A stretch of DNA of 64,000 nucleotides from Podarcis vaucheri (Eukaryota). The stretch is from the NCBI GenBank assembly GCA_965113315.1, contig OZ220370.1; one strand, 5' to 3'. A program made the position numbers and the translations under genes. The notes under the pieces are model-generated. The model did no database searches. It saw only the letters and a list, made by a program, of their open reading frames with translations, and was not told where the DNA came from. Each line of letters begins with the position of its first letter. Position 1 is the first letter of the stretch. Shown in pieces: positions 12,634 through 24,323 of this stretch.

Positions 12634-15033
12634 ATGGAAGATAGGCAGAAGGAAAACAGCAGATCAGTAAGAAGGCAAGTACCTCTCCTCTTACTATTCT
12701 CTCTGTGTGGTCAGATTGCCTCAGAGCACATTCATTATTCCATCCCTGAAGAAATGGAAAAGGGATCCATTGTGGGAAACCTGGCCAAAGACCTGAGATT
12801 GAATAACAGAGAAATAGGAAATGGCAATCTGCATATCCTTTCCTTAGGTAAAAAGCAATATTTCACTCTCAGTGCAGAAAATGGGAATTTGTATGTAAGG
12901 GAGAGGATTGATAGAGAGGAATTATGTGGTCAAACTGCAATCTGCTCCATCAATTTTGAAGTGGTGCTTGACAGCCCTATGAATATTTTTCATATAACTG
13001 TAGAGATCCAAGACATTAATGATAATGCACCATATTTTGTAAAAGGGGATATCAAGCTGGAGATAAGTGAATCCTCTTTAAAAGGCACCACATTTCTCCT
13101 TGGACAAGCTGAAGATCCTGATCTTGGGGTGAATTCTCTCCAGAATTACAACCTTAGCACAAATCAGTATTTTATTCTGGAAGTGAGAGAAAGAAAGGAT
13201 GGAAAGAAATATGCAGAATTAGTATTGAATAAACAGTTGGATCGGGAAATTGAAGGCAGTTTCCAATTAATCCTTACGGCGCTGGATGGAGGGAAGCCTG
13301 CCAGAACTGGAACAGCCAAAATATGGATCACCGTCATTGATGCAAATGACAACCCACCAGTCTTCACTCAAAAAGTATATGTGGTCAAGCTGAAAGAAAA
13401 TGCCCCCAAAGGGTCATCAGTGGTCCAGGTGAAAGCCACAGATAGAGATAAAGGTTCTTACGCTCAAATCAGCTATAATTTTAGTAACATCCCTGAAATT
13501 GCTCACCAGAAATTCTACTTGGATCCACAAGAAGGGACAATAACACTTAAAGCGGCTCTGGACTTTGAGGAAATAGAAGAATATGCAATGGCAGTGGAAG
13601 CAAGAGATGGGGGAGGATTAGTCGCTCAATGCAATGTTGAAATTTCACTCCTAGATGAGAATGACAATGCGCCAGAAGTGATTCTGGCCTCTTTATCCAG
13701 CCCCATCCCTGAAGACTCTGCAGTAGGAACCCTGGTAGCCCTTATCAATGTAAACGATAGAGACTCTGGAGATAATGGGAAGATTACTTGTGACATACAA
13801 CACACTTTGCCATTCAAAATGGTATCAGCCTCCAATAATTATTATAAGCTTCTCACAGATGCCCCCTTGGACAGAGAAAGAACTCCAGAGTACAATATCA
13901 CAGTCACAGCCACAGACAAAGGCAACCCTCCTCTTTCCACATACAAAACCATCACACTGCAGATCTCTGACATCAATGACAACTGCCCTGCCTTTGAGAA
14001 ACCCTATTATACGGCCTATGTCCCGGAGAACAATCCTTCAGGCTCCTCCATTTTCAGGGTCAAAGCCTCTGACCCAGATGTGGACCAGAATGCTCAAATC
14101 ACCTACTCCATTCGCAACAGCATCACTGAGGGGCTGCCTCTCTCGTCCTTCCTCTCCATTAATTCTGAGACTGGCACTATCTATGCTCAGCGCTCCTTTG
14201 ACTATGAGCAAGTCAGGGAGTTTCAGGTGGAGGTGAGGGCCGAAGATGGAGGCTCCCCCCGCCTCAGCAGCAATGCCACCGTGAGAGTGTGTATTCTGGA
14301 CCAGAATGACCAAAGCCCTCAGATTCTTTACCCTTCTCAAGGAGTAGAGGGCTCTTCCTTGTTTGAGATGGTGCCTCGCTCAGCAGAGGAGGGTTATCTG
14401 GTGACCAAGGTGGTGGCTGTGGATGCTGACTCTGGACACAACGCTTGGCTCTCCTACTATCTGCTCCAGGCAACAGAACCTGGGCTGTTCTCAATTGGTT
14501 CCCATACTGGGGAGATCAGGACCTCACGGGCTTTTCTGGAAAGAGATGCTGTGAAGCAGAAGCTCATCATCTTAGTCAAGGATAATGGGCAGCCACCACT
14601 ATCTGCTACTGTGAGTCTCAACCTGGTGTTTGCTGAGAACTTCCAGGAGGCACTTCCGGAAATTAGCCACCAGCCCAGTGACTCCGAGTATCAATCGGAT
14701 CTGCAGTTCTTCTTGGTGTTGGCCTTAGCTTTGATCTCCTTCTTATTCCTCCTGACAGTAATTCTGGCCATTCTCATGAAGATTCGGCGATCAGGGAACC
14801 CCAAATTCCTGCAGTGTTTTGCTCCTGTTCCCCATTCAAACAACACAGTCATTTTCCCACCAAACTATGAAGAAGGAACATTGCCGTATTCGTATCAGCT
14901 GTGCTTATCTTCTGAGTCCAGGGTACAGGAGTTCACCTTTCCAACACCCAGTGTTCAAACTGCAGTGTCTAATGTGACTTTGACTGCCAATGGAGGCAAT
15001 ATCCTAAATTCTGAAATGGATAATGCTGATATG
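12634..15033 (+). CDS. PCDHGB: Protocadherin gamma-B-like variable exon 3 (clade B2)
   Basis: ORF 12634..15063; tail [17 protein letters not shown]; donor ATG|GTGAGT after 15033 (800 codons). Confidence 0.92.
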
Positions 15034-15754
15034 GTGAGTTTATTTTCAGCGGTACATGGTTAACATTTTAAGCATTCTCTTTATGTCTATAGGCAACTAG
15101 TATATTTTAAGCTGATTTATCTGAGTTTTTTCATATAAACATTCAGTTCACATGAAGATGGGGCAGCTACTCCCTCTGCTTGAACCTCACAGGTGTACTT
15201 GAAGCTGAATGTCTGTACAGAACATGCTGTACAGGTGTTCTCAAATAGGCCTTTTCTTTGTCATCAGAAATCTTGCAGATGGAAGGGTCTATTGGTATGT
15301 GTACAGGCCTATTTGTAGATGTTCAGATCTTCAACTGATTTTGTGGAGATGAGTATGATCTTTCTTCATCCCCTTAACACATTCATTTGATGTGGATATG
15401 GCATAAAGAAAATGCTATGTATGCCATCTAACCTTTATCTAATTTATCATTACTTCATTTTACTGATGAACTTCTGTTCTTCCACTTCATACCTTTAATG
15501 AAAAATGTGTTTGATAGAGATAAGGAGTGGGATGAGAGAGGGGGAGGAATGGGAGGGAAAGAGAGAGACAGACACAGAGAGAGATGTACCTTATACCATC
15601 AGAAAGCTGAATATTTTGTTCTGCTTTAGGGCAGTGAAAATTAGAGGGAAGGGTCCCAACTACATGGCTTAATTTTAGAATAAAATGTTTCAGGAAATAC
15701 CTAAAATGATTCACCAAAGGTAGAACCTGCTTTAATAGTACTTTTATGTTTCTA

Positions 15755-16099
15755 AAGGTAAAGGTAAAGGGACCCCTGACCATTAGGTCCAGTCGCGGAT
15801 GACTCGGGGATTGCGGCGCTCATCTCACTTTATTGGCCGAGGGAGCTGGCGTACAGCTTCCAGGTCATGTGGCCAGTGTGACTAAGCTGCTTCTGGCAAA
15901 CCAGAGCAGCGCACGGAAACACCATTTACCTTCTCGCCTATTTATCTACTTGCACTTTGATGTGCTTTCAAACTGCTAGGTTGGCAGGAGCAGGGACCGA
16001 ACAACGGGAGCTCACCCCGTTGTGGGGATTCAAACCGCCGCCCTTCTGATCAGGAAGCCCTGGGCTCTGTGGTTTAACCCACAGCACCACCCGCATCCC
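15755..16099 (-). mobile_element. Sauria SINE, full length
   Basis: (ACCTTT)n tail seen as AAAGGTAAAGG, Sauria core and tRNA-like head; TSD TATGTTTCTA (15745-54 / 16100-09). Confidence 0.85.
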
Positions 16100-16509
16100 T
16101 ATGTTTCTAGTTCATTTTAAATGTGAAAAGTGCATCACAAACGTTTTAATAGTAACTCAGTATTATTTCCCCCACTTCTGAATACCCCCCAAGGTACTTC
16201 CTCATATAATCACTATATCTCAGGTTGTGATTGGAGAAATAACGGTAGCAAAATATGGCTGAGGTTGCATTTGAGGTGTTTAAACAAATGTGTTTTGTCA
16301 GCCAAATGAGAGCCAGATTAGTATTGCCAACTTGCACACACTTGTCTCACTGCCTATGCTACCCACCACCTGGCTCTTGTTGGGCTTTCTGGAACAACCA
16401 CCCCATCACCATGCCTCCCTATGAGGAAGGTGAACTGCCTCATTCTGAGCAAGATAGCCCAGGAATATACCTGCATCACTACTGCTTTTAAACTTTTAAC
16501 TAAATCTAG

Positions 16510-16862
16510 TAAAGGTAAAGGGACCCCTGACCATTAGGTTCAGTCGTGACCGACTCTGGGGTTGTGGCGCTCATCTCGCTTTACTGGCTGAGGGAGCAGG
16601 CGTACAGCTTCCAGGTCATGTGGCCAGCATAACTAAACCGCTTCTGGCGAAACCAGAGCAGCACACGGAAACGGCATTTACCTTCCTGCTGGAGCGGTAC
16701 CTATTTATCTACTTACACTTTGACGTGCTTTTGAACTGCTAGGTTGGCAGGAGCTGGGGCAGAGAAACGGGAGCTCACCCCGTCGCGGGGATTCGAACAA
16801 CCGACCTTCTGATCGGCAAGTCCTAGGCTCTGTGGTTAAACCCACAGCGCCACCCATGTCCC
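16510..16862 (-). mobile_element. Sauria SINE, full length
   Basis: Same family; 14-bp TSD TTAACTAAATCTAG (16496-509 / 16863-76). Confidence 0.87.
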
Positions 16863-17143
16863 TTAACTAAATCTAGAAGATAACAATTAGCCATTGCAGT
16901 AAAGCAGAGGCAGTCTATCACTCACTTGGGTCTCCTCCAAGGAAAGACACCCCCACTTCCTTTGAAGCAATAGGTTCTCCTGCTACCTTCTCAAAATCCA
17001 CCTTACTGCAAACTGGGCCCTCAGAAACCTGGTTTTATTCCTCTCTGGACAAAAGCTTCACAGCAAATTCCAAAATTGATTGGATGTAGGAAGGTAACAT
17101 CTCTGAACAGCCTTTCCTTTCCTATACCAAGTGTAGCTCTGCA

Positions 17144-17331
17144 CATAGCTGTCAACCTTCCCTTTTTGTGTGGGAAATTCCCTTATTCCAGCGCCGTTTC
17201 CCACTGCTTCCTGCTGCTATCCCGGATTGTTAGATATCCCATAGACTGTCCCAAGGACAGGAGAGGCTGCTGATCCCTTATTTTCGGGGCTGCTGATCCC
17301 TTATTTTCAAATCTGAAAGTTGACAGCTATG
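17144..17331. mobile_element. hAT-type MITE
   Basis: TIRs CATAGCTGTCAAC / GTTGACAGCTATG; exact 8-bp TSD GCTCTGCA; internal tandem GGCTGCTGATCCCTTATTTTC x2. Confidence 0.85.
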
Positions 17332-17821
17332 GCTCTGCAGTTCATAGTAGGATGGGGGCAGGTCCAGGTTTGTCCTTTGTGGAGAGCAGTAGTCACTCTT
17401 CAGTTAACATGTTTAAAGTTAGTCTCTTGAGTAATGGACCCATATCCTCAGGAGCACCCTACTGAAATGTTGGCTTGATGGCATTGCATTGCCCAAGCTG
17501 TGAGCTGTGCAAAATGACTTGAGGTGTCCTTTTTCCATCAGGAAGGCTTCCAGGAGCTTCCTTGCTTTTGTTGCAAAGTGAACCACACTGAAGCAATTTT
17601 TTTAAAATCATAGTCAACACAGGTGTGTCTCCCAGGCTCTTGAACTAGCAGCCTGCAAACAAGCTCGCTGCCACCTAGTACAGCCTTTTCCGGCATAAGG
17701 AGAGCAGTAGATAAATGAAATGTTTGAGTACCATTGAACACCGGAAAAAAGAAGAAAAAGAAAACATTTGAATTTTTGCAGTTGTTTCATTGGAACAAAT
17801 AATTTGATTTGGTGTGGAAAG

Positions 17822-18040
17822 TCATTTCTCGGTAGTTATGCCTGCCCTGTGGAATGCCCTCCCATCAAACAAATAAACAACTTTTTGAAGACATCTGAAT
17901 GTAGCCCTGTATAGGGAAGGTTTTAATGTTTGATATCTTACTGTGTTTTAATTTGTTAGAAGTCACCCAGAGTGGCTGTGGCAACCCAGTCAAATGGGTG
18001 GAGTAACAACAACAACAACAACAACAACAATAATAATAAT
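17822..18040 (+). mobile_element. L2 LINE 3' end with (AAC)n(AAT)n tail
   Basis: CCCTGTGGAATGCCCTCCCATCA...GAAGACATCTGAA..GCCCTGT..AGGGAAG...CCCAGAGTGGCTG...; simple-repeat tail. Confidence 0.6.
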
Positions 18041-18045
18041 ATACT

Positions 18046-18415
18046 TTCTTCTTCTTCTTCTTCTTTGGCAATCACTTGTAGCCGAGTTAGACTGTCTTCC
18101 AAAACAGGGTTTTAGCAGTGAGTCCATAAGTCACTGTGGAGGCCAATTCTGGATCCACACATCCTTCCACAGTGGGGACACAGGTTTCTGGGCGGGAGTT
18201 GATCATGGTGAGGGTTTGCCAAGCATGCCTTCCTCTTAGCTCGTTTCTCCTTTTTGTCCTGAGTTTGAGTTTCTTCAAAGCCCATGACACCTTTGGTCAA
18301 GGCTGTTCTCCAACTGGAGTGCTCGCAGGCCAGTGTTTCCCAGTTGTCAGTGTTTATACTACATTTTTAAAGATTTACCTTGAGAGAGTCTTTAAACCTT
18401 ATTTGTTGAAATAAT
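18046..18415 (-). mobile_element. RTE-clade LINE 3' end
   Basis: Minus-strand ORF ends ...KRAKRK...CPHCGRMCGSRIGLHSDLWTH (decayed C-terminal zinc-finger motif of RTE ORF); (GAA)n tail. Confidence 0.7.
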
Positions 18416-18812
18416 CATCATCACAATTCAAAATAAAAAAGTGGGATAATAATGCTTGCATTCTGATTTCTGCTCTGCCAAGCTCAGGATTTGGTTTGGG
18501 TGCCAGTTCTTTTTGGACTAACTTTGGTGCCAATTCTTGATACTAAACTAACAGCAATATCACAGTCATTATTTTAGTCCATGAAAACTTGTGCCACATT
18601 TGCTTTAAGACACCACAAGACAATTCTGTTTTTATTTTGGAAGTTGTTAACATGGATAAAAGGATGTTGACATGCAGCTGTAATTTGACAACATAAACGG
18701 TGGAGGACCAAAGACAACTCTCCTGGATGCTTCCAATTTGTGGTTGTCCTGTCCAAAATATGAACACACCCAGGTTGCTTTTCAATTATAAGTTGAATGA
18801 GAAAGAATCCCT

Positions 18813-18855
18813 TGCAGTTCTCTGTCTGAGCCTCAGGATGTCAGTGTCAGCCAGT
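18813..18855 (+). promoter_or_regulatory. Degenerate CSE of exon 4 (CAGT variant)
   Basis: TGCAGTTCTCTGTCTGAGCCTCAGGATGTCAGTGTCAGCCAGT; same position and spacing as paralogs. Confidence 0.65.
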
Positions 18856-19111
18856 GTAGAAGCCACAGAGAGTATGCAGGAGACCCCCAGATAGTTTCCT
18901 AGAAAGGGATTGTTTCACCATTTCTGTACAGTAACAGCAGATCACAACAACCAAGCAATCTTGCTGGAAAGGTCAGTAAAAATTTAAGAAGGAACTGATT
19001 TACCTAGGCAGAAATCCAGCTTAGTCTTTGTTGTGGAGATTCCTTGTGATCAGATGACAATTTGATCATTATAAGCTGAAAAAAGGAGACAGCTGTTTCT
19101 CAGGGATCTGT

Positions 19112-21532
19112 ATGGATAGAAGAAACAAAAACAATGGAATGGCACTCAGAAGGCAAGTACTGCTTCTCTTATTTTTGCCTTTCTCCTGCTGGGCTGCCTC
19201 AGAGCAGATTCGTTATTCTATCCTTGAGGAGAAGCCAAAGGGTTCGGTTGTGGGGAATCTTGCTGAGGACTTGGGACTGAATGCCAGAGATCTAGGAAGG
19301 CGCAATCTGCATGCTGTCTCTGTGAACAAAATGCAGTATTTCAGTATCAATGCAGAAAATGGAAATCTCTATGTAAATGACAGGATTGACAGAGAGGAAA
19401 TATGTGGCACAACTCCACTCTGTCTTGTTAATTTTGAGGTGGTAATGGAAAATCCCCTTAATATTTTTCATATGACTATTACAATTCAAGATATAAATGA
19501 CAATGCGCCATTTTTTCTCAGTGGCAATATCAACTTAGAAACAAGTGAACTAACTTTGTTAGGAACACGGTTTTTCCTTGGGAAAGCTGAAGATCCTGAC
19601 ATCGGGATGAATTCTCTCCAGAATTACCACCTTAGCTCAAATCAGTATTTTACTCTGGATGTTAAAGAGACTCATGATGGAAATAAATTTGCAGATTTAG
19701 TGCTGCAGAAAGCACTAGATCGAGAGACCAAACAGACCCTTCACTTGATTCTCACAGCGTTGGATGGGGGTGAACCTAGAAAAACTGGGACTGCCCAGAT
19801 ATGGATTAATGTCACAGATGCCAATGACAACCCACCTGTTTTCACTCAAGAGGTGTACAAGGTCAGTTTGAGGGAAAGTGTTGCAGTTGGATCGCTTGTG
19901 CTCCAGGTTACAGCTTCTGATAATGATGAAGGTTCATACGCCCAAATCAGGTATTATTTTAGTAATATACCACAGAATGCCAACAGGAAATTCAGTCTAG
20001 ATCCATTGAATGGCTCAATCCTACTTATAGGGTTATTGGACTTTGAGGATATCAGTGAATATACTATATCAGTAGCGGCCAAAGATGGTGGTGGATTAGT
20101 GACACATTGCAAAGTTGAAATAAGCGTTCGTGATGAGAATGATAATGCCCCAGAGGTTACTTTAGCCTCCATCTTTAGCCCAGTTCCGGAAGATTCTATG
20201 TCAGGAACAGTCATTGCTCTGATCAACGTAAATGACAGAGATAGTGGAGATAATGGAAAAGTTACTTGCTACTTACAAGATGATTTACCCTTCAAAATTC
20301 TTCCCTCATCTAACAATTACTTCAAGCTCCAGACAGACAGTCTCCTGGACAGAGAAAGAACTCCTGCATATAATCTTACAATCACAGCAATTGATAAAGG
20401 AACTCCACCTCTTTCCACACACAAAACAATCTCTCTACAGATCTCAGATATCAATGATAATGCCCCTACATTTCAGAGATCAACCTACAGCATCTATGTG
20501 CCAGAAAACAATCCTTCAGGTGCCTCCATTTTCACCATCAAAGCTTCTGATCCCGATATGGACCAGAACTCACGGATCACATACTCCATCCTCAACAGCA
20601 ACATCGAGGAGCTTCCCATCTCCTCCTATATCTCCATTAATTCTGAGACCGGCACCATCTATGCCCAGAGATCCTTTGACTATGAACAATTCAGAGAGTT
20701 CCGGCTGCAAGTGAAGGCCCAAGATGGGGGTTCTCCGCCTCTCAGCAGCAATGTGACCGTCAGGGTGTTTGTTCTTGACAGGAATGATAACAGCCCTCGT
20801 ATCCTGTCCCCCTCACAAGAAGCCAAGGGCTCAGCCTTGTTTGAGATGGTGCCTCGTTCGGCCGAGGCAGATTATCTTGTCACCAAGGTGGTGGCCGTGG
20901 ATGCAGATTCTGGACACAACGCCTGGCTCTCCTACCACCTGACTCAGGCCACTGAGCCGGCACTCTTCACGGTTGGTTCTCATACTGGAGAGATCAGGAC
21001 CGCCAGGGCCTTTGTGGAGAGAGACGCTGTGAAACAGAGACTGGTCATTATGGTGAAGGATAACGGGCAGCCGTCTCTCTCGGCCACCATGACTCTGAAC
21101 CTGGTGTTTGCTGAGAACTTTCAGGAGGCCCTTCCGGAAATGAAGAGCCAACCCAGCAGCTCGGAGTATCAGTCTGACCTGCAGTTCTACTTGGTGCTGG
21201 CCTTAGCTGTGATCTCCTTCTTGTTCCTCTTGACTGTCATTCTGGCCGTTACAATGAAGCTCCGTCAATCAGGGCATCCCAGGTTCCTACAGTGCTTTGG
21301 TCCTGTTCCCCATTCCAAGAATGGTGCCATCTTCCCACCCAACTTTGAAGATGGGACTTTGCCCTATTCCTACCAGCTGTGTCTGTCTTCTGAGTCCAGG
21401 AAGAATGAGTTTACCTTCCTCACACCAAATATACAGATTGCAGACAATATTGTTAGCAGTGAGAAACCTGGTGTTCCTTTTACAGGCAACGGAGAAAATA
21501 ATTGTCAAGCTGAGATGAATAAAGATGAAGAG
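19112..21532 (+). CDS. PCDHGB: Protocadherin gamma-B-like variable exon 4 (clade B1)
   Basis: ORF 19112..21682; donor GAG|GTAAGA after 21532 (807 codons). Confidence 0.92.
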
Positions 21533-21839
21533 GTAAGAATTATTATCCAGAATTATTTGTGTAAGCCATGGTGTTTTTCAATGAGCAAAATCCAGACAGA
21601 ATGCCTCCATACTTTTGTGGAAATTGCCATAGTTTTCTTCTTTTTACTCAGCATTCACACAATACTGTTACAAAATCAGTAACACCTTTTCCACCTTTTC
21701 TTAGTGGATGGAAGGCTAACAATTTTTTTTCAGAAAAATAGCACAAGCTCCATGGCAATTCTTCTCTCTCTCTCTCTATTTGTATCAGTTCTCTCCTTTG
21801 TAATTGATGTATATAATATTACTGAGAGCAGAACTCTTT

Positions 21840-21841
<2 letters not shown>

Positions 21842-21880
<39 letters not shown>

Positions 21881-21906
21881 GAGAGAGAGAGAGAGAGAGC
21901 GCGCGC
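21842..21906. repeat. Compound microsatellite (TC)n(CA)n(GA)n(GC)n
   Basis: Read directly from sequence. Confidence 0.95.
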
Positions 21907-22019
21907 TTGTGGTGACCAGCTGAATTATTCTTGTGTCTCTGAGGTGAAGCTTCAGAAATAAAGTGTATGAGTCATGTGTTTTTAGGACTATGATGATAAT
22001 ATCGGTGAGAAGCAATTTG

Positions 22020-22285
22020 ACTGTCAGTAACCAACTCCTCTCTTTGGAAGAATAATTCTAGAATTTTGTTGTGAAACCATCTAGGCCTGGGGCTTTATGT
22101 ATTTTTTGTTTTTGAGGACAGTCTCTATTTCCACTGGGATGATAGGACTGTCCAATGAACTCTTGTTTGTCTTCTGTTATGGTTGGAATGGGCAGTCCTG
22201 TCAGGTGGTTCTTGATTCCCTGTTGGGGTGGGTTGTGGGAGGTGTATAGGTTGGAGTAGAATTCAGCGAATTCTGACTCCAGTCC
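22020..22285 (-). mobile_element. L1/Tx1 ORF2 fragment
   Basis: Minus translation EFAEFYSNLY...KAPGLDGFTTKF matches the L1 ORF2 pre-RT motif (KAPGPDGF). Confidence 0.7.
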
Positions 22286-22358
22286 TATGCACACTTTATC
22301 TAAATGTGCCCCAGACTGTGGTGTGCCTAGATGTCAACATGTCTGTAGGAAGCTAAGG

Positions 22359-22705
22359 TAAAGGTAAAGGGACCCCTAACCATTAGGTCCAGTTGTGGAT
22401 GACTCTGGGGCTGCGGTGCTCATCTCGCTTTATTGGCTGAAGGAGCCGGCATACAGCTTCCGGGTCATGTGGCCAGCATGACTAAGCCGCTTCTGGTGAA
22501 CCAGAGCAACGCACGGAAACGCCGTTTACCTTCCCACCAGAGTGGTACCTATTTATCTACTGGCACTTTTACGTGCTTTCGAACTGCTAGGTTGGCAGGA
22601 GCAGGGACCTAGCAACGGGAGCTCACCCCGTCGTGGGGATTCAAACTGCTGACCTTCTGATCAGCAAGCCCTAGGCTCTGTGATTTAACCCACAGCGCCA
22701 CCCAT
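22359..22705 (-). mobile_element. Sauria SINE
   Basis: Same family as 15755 and 16510; approximate TSD AAGCTAAGG. Confidence 0.85.
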
Positions 22706-23308
22706 GGAAAGCTAAGGGCTTTCCCAAATATGAGCATTGCTTTTGTGTCTGCATTAATCGTTCCTCTATATAAGGAGCTATTTAAGAGAATTGTAGAATT
22801 GTAGAGTTGGAAGGGTCAATTATGAATCCAGCCCAGTGTTCTCAAGCCTGACTAGGAGAGGCTGTCCAAGCTCTGTTACTATCTGATGGCTTTTACATAT
22901 TATTTGTGTGTGGTGCTGGTTTACTTTTAGGATACATGCAAGCAAAGCAGCTTGTAGAATTCTGCATACTAGGGGTGGGGGGAAATGCCAAGGTGATTAT
23001 TTTATGAACTAAAAAGTTACTATTTGGATGAACTTTAACTGAACTATTTTGTAAAATTACAAACTTCTTTGGACAGGATGAACTAGAACTACTTCCTTTT
23101 AAAAATGAACTGTTGATCCCCCACATAGTATTTGCTTTTTCTAAACATGTAGATTGTCATAGTGGCAGGGTATGATGTCCTGACAATTACTACTTCTATA
23201 TCGCCCTACAGCACTCCACAGAATTAGATTTCATCCTTGATCCCCCTTTAAAATACTGACAAGTGCAACTTCATAAGCTGAATAGACAATGGTCAGAACG
23301 CTAAACTG

Positions 23309-23408
23309 TGGAGTTCCAAATAGACAAAATTGTTGTAAAGTGGAAAGCTCAGTAAATGGAGTTCCTGATAGACAAACTTGTTGTAAAGTGGAAAGCTCAG
23401 TAAATGGA
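23309..23408. repeat. 48-bp tandem duplication
   Basis: TGGAGTTCCAAATAGACAAAATTGTTGTAAAGTGGAAAGCTCAGTAAA repeated with ~3 mismatches. Confidence 0.85.
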
Positions 23409-23781
23409 TATTTATGAGGTTTTTGAAGACTATGTTCTACTCAGACTACACAAACGGCAAATATTGGTAGTAAGTTAGTCATACTTCAATTTCAAGGCAG
23501 ATGTCAGATTTGAGCTGCAAATTTATGTGAAGCGCACTTTATCAGCAAATCCAGGTTTTCTACTCTTAATGTGTAACTATTCTAGGAACATAAAAAAAAT
23601 TCTAGGCACATTTTTTTACTACACAAATGGTAACATTTCTCAAGGAGATGAGAAAGTTGCAGATTTCAATTTGAAAATGTGGTGAATACTACAATTCTTT
23701 TATTCTCCCCATTTATATCCTACCTGATCTTTCTAAAAAAAGTAAAGAAAATGGGGGGAGGAGGTGGGATAAATTCCACAT

Positions 23782-23809
23782 TGTGTGTGTGTGTGTGTGT
23801 GTGTGTGTG
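23782..23809. repeat. (TG)n microsatellite
   Basis: Read directly from sequence. Confidence 0.95.
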
Positions 23810-24001
23810 GAGTATATTGTTACTGGTTATTTTCTACTACTACTTTTTGGATGCCGGTGAGTTGTGGCCTATCCTACAGATAAAACACATCAACAAATTT
23901 GTAAAGCTATGTTATTTACCCAAATATTCCTGAAAATGGATACACATCAAAATGTAAATGACAAAACAAATCTCTTCCATGTTATCTGTGACAAAACCTC
24001 T

Positions 24002-24044
24002 TGCAGTTCCTCATCTGAGACTCAGAGTGTCGCTGTTGGCCAAC
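24002..24044 (+). promoter_or_regulatory. CSE of exon 5 (CGCT)
   Basis: TGCAGTTCCTCATCTGAGACTCAGAGTGTCGCTGTTGGCCAAC. Confidence 0.85.
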
Positions 24045-24323
24045 ATAGTTCTCACAGTGGAGCTGAAAATACAGTGATTTGCTGCTTTCTGCAATGTGAT
24101 TGTTCAGTCACACAGAGCTGGGAAACAGCAGAACACAGGGACTTTCAAAGTGTTCTGCTGAGAAACAAAAACCACTGCAAAATACAGAAATTCGGCAGCA
24201 ACCATTAGCCTTGTTTTATCATCTTTTATTGAGCACTTCTGCATCCTAATGGGAATGTGAAACTCCTCATCAGCTCAGCTGATTACAGAAAACAAGAATA
24301 AAGCACAAATCCCTGCAAGAGGG

